Below, one piece after another: positions 22,728 to 34,984 of a stretch of DNA of 64,000 nucleotides; the first letter of the stretch is position 1, and every line of letters starts with the position of its first letter. Origin of the DNA: Hydrolagus affinis (taxonomy: Eukaryota); assembly GCA_012026655.1 (NCBI GenBank), contig JAAILG010000012.1:62001-126000 (forward strand), given 5' to 3'. Position numbers and translations under genes: made by a program. The notes beneath the pieces are model-generated. The model did not search any database. It saw only the letters and a program-made list of their open reading frames with translations, and was not told the origin of the DNA.

Positions 22728-23119
22728 TTCCTGCAAAATAGCAACAACATGGATTGAGCTCTGAAAATCACAAGTTGGTAATGACTTTTTATATACGTTA
22801 TTAGGAGATATTGGAAACGCCAACTTGCAAAACAGGAACATATTAACAATCATAGTAGGGTAGCATTTTATTTGTTTATTTAGATATTTTATTAATTCTG
22901 CAATACATTCCAAGATGGGTATTTTACACATTAATAACACAAATAGGTACAAGTTACAATACAAGTTGCAATTGGTATAAACCATGTGTCACGTGTAAAC
23001 TGTCCGGTTAACGTGATTATTATTGTTATTTATCTGCTCGGTTTTTATTTGATATATAAAGGAAAAAAAAGGGCATGATTATAGTAGTAATTCTGAAATA
23101 TCACTGTTCAGGCATTGAG

Positions 23120-23720
23120 TCCATTTAATATTGGAGAGATTTGGGATCAAATCAGATTACAGTATAATATGTTGCAAATTGAAAGTTGGATGGCTGAGTT
23201 AATTTATGAGACTGAGAGGATGTGAGTTGGTCAGCTGGGATATGTGATTTATGTTCCATCTATAGCAAGACTGTTGTCAAGAAGGCAGATAAGAACTGGG
23301 ATGCATCTCAAGAACACTTTGTTGTGTCAAAATGTTTCATTTTAAACTTCTGTCACTGGCAAAGTGAGATTTGGATTATTCTATCTACATTGAAGCCGTT
23401 GTTGAGGGATACGTTGATGTATTGCAAGGGGTTTAGGGGAGAGTGGCAAGTTTAATTTCAGGCCTTGGAACTTTAAGCGAGAAGAAAAGACTGATCGAGC
23501 TGAACTTGATTTTATTGGAAGAGAGAAGGCTGAAAAGAGAATTGAACTGGGTCTTTAAAAATTGCTGAGCGATGTTAATAACAGAGTAGCAAGAAGAGTA
23601 CGTAATTTAAACTATCGGCAAGATTCAAATAAGATAAAGGAGTGGTTGTAATTTTATTTTAACACACAGTAATAGCAGATATGTAGAATAAACTTGATAT
23701 CAAGGTCCAATTATAAATAA
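23120..23720 (+). mobile_element. Ancient CR1 ORF2 C-terminal relic
   Basis: Broken frames give VVKKA, EE.RL..L.L..LEERRL and FF..RV..W.K.L-like motifs in CR1 order. Confidence 0.6.
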
Positions 23721-23860
23721 GATTTGATGTGGGTTAGATTTGTAGCAGTATTGGAATCTGCAGTGTCACACAGCAGAGTGTGGTTGGTAACTACAGTTTA
23801 ACCTCAGCCCAAATAATCTGTCAACGTGAAGCTACATTGAATAGATTCTCATACTGCTTA

Positions 23861-24343
23861 TAATAATAATAATAACAACAATCCTTGCATATTGATGCAG
23901 TGCTTTTCACATCTTATCGACGTCTCAAAACGCTTCACAGAATATACTGCAAAGTGAATTGACTATTTTTGTGGGCGAAATGTGGTAGCCAGCAATGCAC
24001 AGCAGTGTTCCCACAAACAGTCGTGGATTGAAATGACCAATTTTTATTCTTGTGTTTTTATGGACGGATTTGGATGGATGCTTCTAGGATAACTACAACC
24101 AACACAAATCCAACCTTATAAGTTTTAGTGGTAAAGTTTCAAAAGCACCCAAGTGGCTTAAACTTTCCCTAATGCGTGAGGTAGCACCAATATTTTATTA
24201 TTGTGTTTTTTTGGCTGGATTATTATTAGGCGTGTGTGTGGAGTAAGGAAACTTGCCCAAGGTTTCGCCCTGATCTGTCTGGATTCGAACACAGGTCTCA
24301 CGCTTGTGAGGTGAGTGCTCTAACCACTGAGCTACAGGAGCTC
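23861..24343 (-). mobile_element. SINE split by ~115-bp insert
   Basis: Tail and body 23861-24070, head 24186-24343, with an overlapping ~35-bp segment on both sides. Confidence 0.85.
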
Positions 24344-24899
24344 CACAATTCTTGATCAACGGTTGTTACGGCACATCTAAGATGTACAGTACCAATGTCA
24401 ACAGCAATCCTCCAGATTTACAGTTTACAGCTGCCTCCAAAGTGGGCTGAAAGCAGCCTTATGAAGAGAGGGCTAAACAGAATATTGATGCTTCACGTTA
24501 ATGCGATCTGGAAAGTTAGGGAAGTAGTGGAAGTTATATTCCCGATCATTGGTATTGAAACTCATCCCTCGTCGGCCTTCATGAGCGTGAATTTGACGAC
24601 ATTAAATCATGTCCAGGTACCAGTTTGTTCTGATTTTTTCCAAAGCCTTCTGGTAAGTTGGGGACCTCTATCCCCGAATTTAGTGTTAATACAGTCTTGC
24701 TCCGTTTCTCAGATTGCATTTTTAACCAAGTCATAAAAACACTATCACATTTCCATTGTGCTGACTTCCCACTGCCAGATGCCCTACTGAGTTGTTCATC
24801 TATTTTAGCAAATGAAAAATGTCAAATTGTTTATTACTGTTGGAACATTATGGTGGGCACTGCACCCAGAAAAATGGTGAGATCAATCACATCAGTACA

Positions 24900-25420
24900 G
24901 TCATTATAGAATAATTACTGGTAATAGGTAATAAAAGTGATATTTGCTCCTCCGGGAACAAAGAACTTCTAAGAATAAATCCATTGATGGAAAAACAATG
25001 TCATATCAGTAAATGGCAATGACGTCAGTTTCATTGTTATTTTTGTGCCGTTAATAGTAGAAGCCGATCAACAGGAGCAAAAATAATTCGAGTCGCATCT
25101 GAAAATAATTGAATGCGAAATATTTCCCACATGTTCAGGAGTGCAATTGATTGCGAGCATTTGGCTTCAAAGACAAGCTGACAAATGTTCCACTCCTCTC
25201 TGGGAGTGCGTTCAGCAAACCCAAATCCTCGCTGATATTCATCATGTGGATTTTTGTACCTGTGCTGGGCGACGCGAGGCCGTTTCCATTCCCAAAAGCC
25301 CAGCTGGACTTCTGGCGTTCTGTAAATAGTTTTCAACGGCCAATAGAATGTTTACCCGGTGGCATGAAACAGTGACATCCATCGAGCTGAATACGCACAA
25401 CCGTGTCTCGAAGCAGTTGC
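24900..25420. promoter_or_regulatory. Candidate regulatory block
   Basis: Full CRE TGACGTCA 25020-25027, AACAATG, TGTAAATA, TGTTTAC, CCAAT; locally more CpG. Confidence 0.35.
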
Positions 25421-25573
25421 CCACACTACTGCATGCCTTAAAAATAGAATAGAAATTACTGGCTGTGACTCATCCAGTGCAATGCAGCATGTCCTGCTTA
25501 ACAATCCGCCTTTGCCTGTTTGTTATTTGCCATATTACACGGAGTACAACTGCTTAGAACCCAGCTAAAATTG

Positions 25574-25622
25574 ACGTCCTCCCGCCTTGAAAGGCGCTAT
25601 ACAAATGGAATGTGGTTGTTGT
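25574..25622 (+). mobile_element. L2 3' tail only
   Basis: GACGTCCTCCCG..TGAAAGGCGCTATACAAATG..GTTGTTG. Confidence 0.7.
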
Positions 25623-25694
25623 CAATTAACTTGGGAGGAAATAACATCTTGCTTGTTTCCTGCACTTCCTCACACACACAAAACACTGGTACAT

Positions 25695-25999
25695 GATAAT
25701 GATAATAATCCTTTGCATTTGATATAGCGCTTTTTCACGTCTTCTAGACGTCTCAAAGTGCTCCACATAATATACTGTAAAGTGAATCGACTGTATATTT
25801 GTGGACGAAACGCAGCAACCGATTGTGCACAGTAATGTTCCACAAACAGTCGTGGATTGAAACGACCGATTTTTGGGGGGAGGGATTATTATTAGGTGTG
25901 TGGAGTAAGGAAACTTGCCCAAGGTCTCACCCTGCCTGGAATTGAACCCAGGTCTCTCGCTTGCAAGGCAAGTGATCTCACCACTGAGCTACAGGACTC
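25695..25999 (-). mobile_element. Full-length SINE, subfamily B
   Basis: Complete; anticodon loop CTTGCAA. Confidence 0.93.
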
Positions 26000-26356
26000 A
26001 AATATGAGAGAATCCAGCAAAATCCTTGATAACTCTTGTGCTTTTGACCTTCCTGTGTATGCTTATAATGTGATGTTTTCAAAAAAATCTCCACTTTCCT
26101 AATTTCAAATGTACAAAAAGCAACGGATGCCCTCACTAAATTGTTTAATTTCTATAGAAACTGTAAAGGTTAGTCCCCGACTTTTAATCCTAAACAGTGC
26201 GATAAAACCAGTTGCTTGTTAAGTGTTGACACTAGTGATGAGGTTGAAATTTATTATTAATTAATTATAATAAAAACTGCTTCGATGGTACTTTTTTTTA
26301 TTATGCCAAATGCGTTAATCATTTAGATTGTTAATGCTATTCATGCCTCATTATAT

Positions 26357-26686
26357 ACAACAACAACAACAAATTAGACTTATAGAGCGCCTTTCACGTC
26401 GGGAGGACGTCCCAAGGCGCTGCACAGGAGGCGTGTGACCCGAGCTGGGAGGGGAGTGTTCGGGAAGGGGTAAAAAACGTGGGGGAGGTCGAAAAATTAG
26501 TGGGGGAACAAAAGGCACGGTCAAAAAGGAAAGTCTTCAAACCGGCCTTGAAAGAGGAAAGGGAAGAAACAAGGCAGAGGGATTGGGGGATGGAATTCCA
26601 TAGGGTGGGAGCGGAGAAACTGAAGGCCCGGCCTCCGATGCTGAGGGGCTTGGAGCAAACCAAGTCCTGCTGAACGGGAGGAGGAT
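26357..26686 (-). mobile_element. L2 LINE 3' fragment
   Basis: ORF 26394-26663 SIGGRAFSFSAPTLWNSIPQSL..SFKAGLKTFLFDRAF is an L2 ORF2 C-terminus; stem-loop and (GTT)n tail. Confidence 0.92.
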
Positions 26687-26853
26687 ACTAACAGTATGAA
26701 ATAAATGTTCAGTTCAATGCTTTCTGACATATGTCAAACTAGACATATTGATGCTTCCATATCCAGTAAGGTTTGATGTTATCAGCCTTGCAGCTCATTA
26801 TGTTGAAGTGGTTATTGCCCTATTCCTGCACATGTTCAGTTATTTATAGACAA

Positions 26854-26868
26854 TCACTAGGTGGCACC
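26854..26868 (+). promoter_or_regulatory. CTCF-like core motif
   Basis: TCACTAGGTGGCACC vs consensus CCACYAGRKGGCRS. Confidence 0.35.
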
Positions 26869-26992
26869 ATACCTTAAGAAGAAACTTTATTTAAATACAA
26901 TTTAAAGCTCATTTTAGCTCCTGAAAGTCAGTTTCCATTGGTTCCGGTTGATAAAGTCAATCAACAAACAAAATGGTAAAAACAAAACAAAT

Positions 26993-27219
26993 CAGAGGGT
27001 TGTTACAGCCTTGTATGCATTGCCTGAAAAGATGGTGGAAGCAAATTCAATAAAAGCTTTCAAAAGGAAATAGGGAAAGGTACTTAAAGAAGGAAACATT
27101 TGCAGGGCTGTAGGATAAGAGTGGGGGAATGAGTCTGACTGGGTAGCTCTTTCATTGAACCAGCACAGATACGACGGGCCGAATGGCCTCCTTCTGTGCT
27201 GTAGGATTCCGTGATTCTA
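26993..27219 (+). mobile_element. CR1-type LINE 3' end
   Basis: TGCCTGAAAAGATGGTGGAAGCA..TTTCAAAAGG..GGGCCGAATGGCCTCCTTCTGTGCTGTA..ATTCTA. Confidence 0.87.
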
Positions 27220-28049
27220 AATAAATAGTGAGTTGTACATGATGCAATACAACTCCATGGACAAATATAACCTGGGTTAGATATTCTGTAAAGTGCCTGT
27301 ACTTTCTTTCCCCCTTCCCCCAGCCATGTGCTACTGCCTACCCACATCCTCAAAGACCTAGACTTTCTGCGTGAGTGAGAATCTTTCTATTTTCTTCACC
27401 AGCCAAGCCTGGTGATCTCATAAAAGGGAAAGTGGTAATTTAGCACCACTTTGTCTAGTGTTGAGCATTGGATATGTGCCCAATAGCAACTGGTTGGAGT
27501 CGACTCCCAAACAGCTGGCAGAGACTAGAGATTTGTTCTTTGTTCAAGCCTGGATTTGAGCCCACAGCCCAGATATGTAAGGACAGGGAGACCTCACCTA
27601 TTGCATGACCCAGTTTCCCAAGTGTACACATTTGGTTGGAACAAAAAGCAGAGATCTTTGAGCAAACGAGAGAGAACTAAAACAATATGCTGTTGTAAAA
27701 AAAAACTGCTTTGGAGTTTGCTAATACACACATACGGCTCCTTTGGTGCCCAATTCTGACTTTGTTGAGTTGTTTCACTGTAGTGTCTGTCACAGACCTT
27801 ATGTCCCAAGAGGATTGGAGGGAAACATCCTTCGAACGAGGCATTGCTATAACCCCGTCAAATATTTCTCAAAATATATTTGGAAGATTTCCTGTTCTTC
27901 CTACAAAATGATCTAGGTTAAAAAAAAACAACTGTGTGCCCTGATAGTTTTGACTTTGTAATATTACACAATCATTCTGTTTTTTTTGGTAACTTACTCG
28001 AAGCATGATTTCTGTGGGGTCAATTCTTTCCTTTCTCGAAGAAGCTCTT

Positions 28050-28450
28050 CCCCTCTCTTTAATCTGTCTGTGCGTGCGTGTGTCAGTGCCTGTCACATGG
28101 AGCTGTGCTCTGCTAAAACTTCAATTGGTGAGCTCGCCAATTACTGCACTTTTGCACTGCGTTGAGTCTGCCATGGGATTCGGCATCTATGCAATGGTGA
28201 TAGCTTTTATGAGGGCTTCATTTTATTGCCCATCAAAGCTTTTTCACAACCGGTGATATTTTTATCATACACAAGTCCAATGGAGCAGTACAACATGACA
28301 GGAGCTGGCTGGCTTTCTGTAACACATTTCTGTGCAGCGATGGTATAGGTCATGTGGCAAGTGCCAGCGCTATATGGGAAGTGCTGAGTGTGGCCTGTTA
28401 CAAGGCGGGCTGAAATTTATGGACCCCTTCTCATCTATTACCTTATTATA
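28050..28450. promoter_or_regulatory. CNE-like block with Hox/Cdx and TCF motifs
   Basis: TTTTATG, TTTTATTG, TTTATGG, CATCAAAG, CTGTCA/TGACAG in TE-free sequence. Confidence 0.4.
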
Positions 28451-28470
28451 GGGGGTGCCTTGTGTCAGGT

Positions 28471-28755
28471 GGCGTCCTGTAGCTAAGTGGTTAGAGCACT
28501 TTCTTCGCAAGCAAGAGGACCTGGGTTTGATTCCCGCGCAGTGTAAAACACCTCCAATTACCTTGCGGTAAGTTGGAACCGGGATGCTACCCCACCTGAA
28601 GGGAGCTCTATAAATGCAAGTTGCTGTTGTTTCGGGCTGTTTGTGGGAAATTGCCGTGCGCAAATTGGTTTCTGCGTTCGCCTGCAAACCGCAGTACACT
28701 TTACTGCCTATCCTGCGAAGCTCTTTGTGACGTCCTCCCCATGTTGGAAGGTCCC
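28471..28755 (+). mobile_element. Divergent tRNA-headed SINE interrupted by an L2 tail
   Basis: Head GGCGTCCTGTAGCTAAGTGGTTAGAGC with CGC loop; L2 tail ~28581-28631; then GCTGTTTGTGGGA body. Confidence 0.8.
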
Positions 28756-28848
28756 AGTGTCAAGTGTAGAATTTGAAAAAGAGGATGAAGGGGAATCAGA
28801 AAACCTGATGCGTTTTAAAATGACTCTTTTTTTTGTTGTTGAAAATTT

Positions 28849-28864
28849 CACCAGCAGAGGGCAA
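28849..28864 (+). promoter_or_regulatory. CTCF-like core motif
   Basis: CACCAGCAGAGGGCAA. Confidence 0.3.
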
Positions 28865-29524
28865 AGTAAAGTCAAGTAACCAATGTGTAATTTATGGGCA
28901 GGTCTGCTGATATTGTTGATGGCCATTTTAAATGAGTTCATTCTTTACGTCTCATTTCTGTTGAATATTCACTGTTTTTTTTTGTTCCAATATGCAATAA
29001 CGTGTATTTGTCTACATTAACATCCTCTGCCCATTTGCTGATGTTATTCAGATCTTTCTGAATGCTACGCATTCTTCCTTAAAATATCCATCTGTCCCCA
29101 TTGCTTTCCATTGCGAACACAAGCAATGTTTTCCTCCAAGTACTTCAGAAATGACGCAAATAACAAAGCAGGATTTTTCAAATGAGGTTGCTTTCCCAGT
29201 ATTAAAGTGATAACACAAGTGTAAATGCAATGCCACCCTTGAGTGGGCAACAATATATATAATCTACAGTACATTCCTTTTCCTACAGAAACAAGCGGAT
29301 AAAAAATTGGAAACTTACGAGCTGCAGTAAATGAAGAAAGGGTCAACTTCATTTAAGGTTCAAAGCTTTGTGCTTTTACAATTTACTTTTGCCGAAAGCA
29401 TTGCTCAGCCTATGAGAGTAAAACAAACAAATAAAGCTGCCTATTTGGACAGTATTCCAACCAAGCACTCTAGTCATTTGCAAAACCTATTTAAATTAAG
29501 CCAATAATATATCAGTGTGGCATT

Positions 29525-29904
29525 AATAATAGTATTAATAATACTAATCCTTGTATTTGATATAATTCTTTGCACGTCTTCCAGAAGACGTGAAAAGCAC
29601 TATATCAAATGCAAGGATTATTATTAACCTAGATGTCTCAAAGGGCTTTACAGACTGCACTATAAAGTTAATTGACTGTTTATTTGTGGGTGAAACTCAG
29701 CAGCCAATTGCACACAGCAATGTCCCACAAACAGTCGTGGATTGAAATGACTAATTTTATTATTGTGCTTTTTTTTTGAGGGATTATTATTAGGCGTGTG
29801 GAGTAAGGAAACTTGCCCAAGGTTTCGCCCTGACCTGCCTGGATTCGAACACAGGTCTCACAGTTTATAAGGCGAGTGCTCTAACCACTGAGCTACAGGA
29901 CTCC
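29525..29904 (-). mobile_element. Full-length SINE (subfamily A) containing an inverted tail copy
   Basis: Plus-strand tail 29584-29626 sits inside the minus-strand tail. Confidence 0.92.
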
Positions 29905-29905
29905 A

Positions 29906-29954
29906 GGGATGCTATCCTACGTGAAGGGTGCTATAAAAATGCGAGTTGTTGTTG
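29906..29954 (+). mobile_element. L2 3' tail only
   Basis: GGGATGCTATCCTACGTGAAGGGTGCTATAAAAATGCGAGTTGTTGTTGT. Confidence 0.75.
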
Positions 29955-31920
29955 TAGTTGATAAACTTTGGCTTGGTCTGAGCGCAATTTTCGTCAGTGT
30001 TGATCAGCACATCATGTGCGGCACTTTCTCCCCCACCTCCCGTGATCTAATGTGCAATTGGCGTAATCATTTTTCCTGACAACGGTTCTGCTTAAACCAA
30101 GCCCTGAAGCTACTCCTTTTTTTGTGGGCAGCAATGACACAGCCCTGTTGAAGCGCGACCATTGTTCAGTCCTAAACGATTTCCTAACAACAATCACATC
30201 ATCCAACAGAGCGTGAAGACCTGAATATCATCACACACTGGGGGAAAGGAAAATGAAGAAATTAGCTTTATTGGCACCAAATTTTACAAGATGGTTTGAA
30301 GGTATAATAAATTATTGTGACATGTGAATGGCAGACGTGGCTTTCTAAATCATTGAGGAATGACAGACATATGTCGGATGGTATCATTGTGTTTTTATTT
30401 CAGTAGCTCAGTAGGCTCAAAGTGGCTTTTGGCTTGAAATGTAACCACAAGTAATAACTGCTTGACTGGCTTTGCTCTGATTCACTCCGCGCAGGATTCT
30501 GGTTCCAAGGTTATAGTAAAACAGATAATAAAAGCAACATTCAAAATGATCATAATCAATAGGGTAAACTAATGTGGCAAAAGTTTAGGCTTATCTGTTT
30601 TGCTTGTGGCAAAAAAAAATACACACCTGATAGAAAGGGTTAAAATCGCACCAGCAGTCAACACCAATTTTATACTTAAAGCACAAACAAGCCACGGTAC
30701 TCCTGAGGGTTTATTTTTCACTGGTTGGTGTCTGTCTGCTTAAAAGTGCAATAAGCATAGTCTTACATGACAGATTTAAGATCTGTTTTTGCACATTCTG
30801 TAACAGTAAACACATGGGACATTAGTTGACAGCCCCAAATGCCTATAAAGTCTTCTAAACTTCATGTAATGCAAGTTATTACAGGTTTCTGTCCAGATGA
30901 ATTAATTTTACTCTGTTTAATTCTGTTTCCTCGGGAGATTCATCTGCAGGATCATTGTTTTGTCTTTCACGGAAAATGTATTTTAAATCCACACATGGTC
31001 TCCTGTTACTAGGGTAACAGCAAATGACATAGCAATCGACTTAATGGACAGGTCTCATGGCAAATAATGAAAAATAAAGATGCCTTTGTTGGTTTTGAAA
31101 TGTATAATGTTTGTGAGTTAGCCATCTGTTCCTGTTTTATGTTACAGTCAATCCCGACTCTGCCAGAATATTTTAGCATTAAATACTCAGGAGCCAAACA
31201 GATTGAAATTTAGATGAAGGACATTTACGGAACAAGAAAAAAAATATCGGGTTGTGTTAACTGTTCAAATTTCAGCGTGAAGCTAACTGTTTGGAAAGGA
31301 TGATTAATGTTTTCACTTCCTTATCCAATAGGCAATCATAAGAAAATCGATGATATATTTTACAAGACCTCTAAACATCACCAGCACGATTTCTTTCAGT
31401 AGCGTTGTTTCCTCGTGTAGAGGAAATATACACATTATATTCTGCTGAGAAAATTAAGTTTCACAATGGCATCTTAGCCTAATTGTCAAGAACGCTGCAC
31501 ATTGCACACTTTCTACGCCAAGTTTGCATCTACATTGTTAATGAGTATTTTATGCCAATGTACAAATGTGTTACTTCTATTACATTTGTGCTCTTAGGCA
31601 ATATTTGTGCCTGGCAAGACAATGTAATGTGCTATGGAAATTGTATTCTAATCGCACAAATTGTAATACATATGGTCAGATGTGTTGTCTTAGCACTGAA
31701 ACTATGGTGGCCAAAAAAGTAGCACACACATATTTTCAGGACAATGTATGAATAACCTATTTAGCTCATAACAAGATTACCCTGAGGAAACCTAGTGTAC
31801 AAATAATGAAGATGAATAACATAATAGAAAAAAACAAAACAAATAATCTTTGCATGCAAATGTTAGATCATCTTATTTTCAAGTTGGTGAAGAGAAGGTG
31901 GTTTTAAATCTGACTTGTGG

Positions 31921-32040
31921 AATAATAATAATCATACTAATACTCCTTGCATTTGATTTCGTGCCTTATCATGTGGTTGAGACGTCTCAAAGCGCTTCAT
32001 GAAATATACTGCAAAGTTGAATGACTATTTTGTGAGCAAA
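31921..32040 (-). mobile_element. SINE 3' fragment
   Basis: (AAT)n..CCTTGCATTTGAT..GACGTCTCAAAGCGCTTCA. Confidence 0.8.
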
Positions 32041-32135
32041 ATAATTTTAATTGAACAGCGTTAAGTCAACTGCTTTGGAGCTCATTGGAAACATTGATTC
32101 AGTAATTCTGCTACCTTCTTCCTTAAGAAACTAGT

Positions 32136-32237
32136 TGTCACTTTGGATCAGTTGATTGCATTCTTGCCTCTGGCGCGAAAGGTTTTAGGTTCAAACGTCA
32201 CATCAGGACTTCTTGACACATGTATAGGCTGACACTC
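32136..32237 (+). mobile_element. SacSINE1-like DeuSINE head
   Basis: TGTCA..GGATCAGTTG..TTCTTGCCTCTG..AAGGTTTTAGGTTCAA..AGGCTGACACTC. Confidence 0.65.
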
Positions 32238-32736
32238 ATTTCTGGCAGAAATAATTTTATAATGTTTTGATTAATTGGGGATTTTGAAACTCGTGTTTAT
32301 TCATATTATAGTATTAAAACAACTTCAAGTATCTTATTATTGTGAATTGTTCTTTAGGAAATGGCTGGTCCAGTGGTACTAATTTTCCCTAAAGATACAA
32401 TGAGGATTAAGTGTGATGCTTTCACATAATGGGCTGCTAATTGTAGCTATTGCCATAGCTGGTGGTGGCTGAGATGTCAAGTAGCTTCTCATTATCTCAA
32501 CAGGTGTCTCTCTCAGAGCCACCCTTGTAACCCATACGCCCATGTTTGCCACGGTGACAGAGAAATTGACTGGAAGTAAAATACACCTCATTAAATCCCA
32601 TTCCACACAATTGGAGAGGCAGTTTCATGGAAGCTCCCTTTCTCCCCAGTGTATGATCATTTTGCCCTTTATTTTGTTTCTCCTCCATCTGTATCCACCA
32701 ATGTAGCTGACATTTAGAAACAACCAAAAGTGATTA

Positions 32737-32852
32737 TTTCGCCCACAAATATACAGTCATTTCACTTTACAGCACAGTATATTCTGTGAAGTGCTTTGAG
32801 ATGCCTAGAAGAGGTGAAAAAGCACTATATCAATGCAAGGATTATTATTATT
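32737..32852 (+). mobile_element. SINE 3' fragment
   Basis: TTTCGCCCACAAATATACAGTC through (ATT)n. Confidence 0.88.
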
Positions 32853-33140
32853 ACAGTATTGTCATTATTCTGGAAGAGTAGTTTCTGGTCCTCGTTTCTG
32901 TTTGTATTTCAAGATCGTGTTAATTTCCATAACAAAGTTGCATGTCTAACCAATAGCTTTACATGTATTTCATTTAGTCATCTTAAATTACCTTCACAAC
33001 ATAGGGTTCTTTTCCTTCCAAAATACCATATATTCATTGCATCACGCTGTTTCTCAAATGGGTTCTTGTAGTTTGGGTTCAACCTTCTATCGTAATTCAT
33101 TCCACCTGTTGACTATCTTCTGTGCAAATAAATATTTCCT

Positions 33141-33440
33141 GGTGCCCTGCAGCTCAGTGGTGAGAGCACTCACTTTGCGTGCGGATATCCTTGGTTCCAT
33201 TCCAGGCAGAGCGAAACCTTGGGCCTCACTCCACACGCCGGATAATAATCCCTCAAGAAAAAAGAATAATAAATTGGTCATTTTTGAAATCCATGACTGT
33301 TTATAGGACAGTGAGCAATTGGCTGCTGCATTTTGCCCACAAATATAGTCACTTTACAATATGTTCTGTGAAATGCTTTGAGATGTCTAGATGTGAAAAG
33401 CGCTGTAATCAAATGCAAGGATTATTATTATTATCATCAT
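33141..33440 (+). mobile_element. Full-length diverged SINE, subfamily B
   Basis: GGTGCCCTGCAGCTCAGTGGTGAGAGC head, body, tail. Confidence 0.9.
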
Positions 33441-34225
33441 CACTTTGCCCATCACTCAATCACAAAATCTGCAATTAAGAGGGAAAGCGTTACATTAGAC
33501 TTGGGATGCTGTAGAGGAGGCAATGGATTATGTTTATGTTTGTGTTACAAGCTCGAAATTGGGAAGGCAATGGATCCCACAGGAATCAACACACTAATTT
33601 AAGTGCAGATTCAGGTATAATAAATGAATACTACCTGACTTGTGTGACGAATGTCAGGAACTTGCAAATTATACACTGCCAGTGCTAGCATATAAAACAA
33701 ACTCTCTTCCAATTTCTCTAACTATATTTGACTCATATAGTTGGCGTTTTGGCATGAGGCAGAATGTTGAAGAGTGGACGTTTGGCTGGAGGAGATAAGA
33801 GTGTCTATCTATCAAGATCGTACTATCTTGTTTATATCTCTTTGATAAATGACACACACGATAGTTGGATCCAAGGTTATGATATCAGTTTCAAATTACC
33901 CCCAACCTAGAAATAAGCAACCTCATCATTCATTACAGATTGAGTTACTTTCTTATAGAGACACTAGTACAGAGGTATTGTTCCTAACATTTATAAAAAC
34001 TGAATCTTTCTCAACTTGTTTCACTTCTTGCTATGAGAGTACAGGATGGATACGCAGAACTGATGGATTCCAGCAAAACAGCAGTTGAGGCTATGCCTTA
34101 ACTTAAAAGAAATAATGGAGAAACCTGGAATTAAATGTTATAAGGAGTGCACGAATAGCTAGAGATAATCCAATACTTTGTGGAATATGATTGCATTGTT
34201 CTGCAGTGACAATGAAATATAATGT

Positions 34226-34610
34226 TATCGAGACGTCTAGAAGATATGATGAGGTGCTATATCAAATACAAGGATTATTATGAGGAGTTCTGTAGCTCAG
34301 TGGTTAGAGCTCTCACCTTACAAGCGAGAGACCTGGGTTCGATTCCAGGCAGGATGAAACCTTGGCCAAGTTTCATTACCTCACACACGTCTGATAATAG
34401 TCCCTCAAAAAACTAAAACAGTAAAACAATTGGTCATTTCAAACCATGACTGTTTGCGAGGCACTGCTGTGCGTAATTGTCTGCCGCGTTTCGCCCACAA
34501 GTATACAAGTAATTCACTTTACAGAAATGCTGTGAAGTGCTCTTAAGATGTTAAGAAGACGTGAAAAGCACTGTATCAAATGCAAGGATTATTATTATTA
34601 TTATTATTAT
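34226..34610 (+). mobile_element. SINE tail fragment plus full SINE (34284-34610) with intact A and B boxes
   Basis: TAGCTCAGTGG and GGTTCGATTCC both perfect; long (ATT)n. Confidence 0.93.
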
Positions 34611-34689
34611 CCGGAGTGAATGATAAAATCTAAAGTTTGATTTGGTTATGTTCAGGTGTCGGTAATAAACTTTGCAGAACTTTTCCGCA

Positions 34690-34792
34690 GGATATTAAGT
34701 CCAGAGTGGATTGTAGGCAATGTGTGGGAGGAGTAGATTTGATGGGGCCAAAGCCTATTTTCCTTGTTCATTACTCCCATGCGATCCTTTCA
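34690..34792 (+). mobile_element. Diverged CR1-like 3' end
   Basis: GGAGGAGTAGATTTGATGGGGCCAAAGCCTATTTTCCTTGTTCA. Confidence 0.5.
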
Positions 34793-34984
34793 TGCTGCAG
34801 TATGTGTCATCACGTCTGTCATGTCTTCCTAAATCTGGAGGATTGTCAAACTGCTCAAAGCTTCTGTTAGAAAGAAAAAAACGGTTGGCAGCAGGAGCTT
34901 CTCTCCTCAGACCATTTGTGGTGAAGCAATTAAGGCAAACATTTTAGAAGAACTGCCCTTCAGCACGTATTTTTGGGAAGGGTG

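Noticed and set aside
24395-24909. Overlapping ORFs as gene or transposase
   Set aside because: No catalytic or domain motif and no convincing splice boundaries
34284-34358. tRNA-Val(TAC) gene
   Set aside because: The cloverleaf-like head runs straight into SINE body and tail and recurs many times; it is a SINE head
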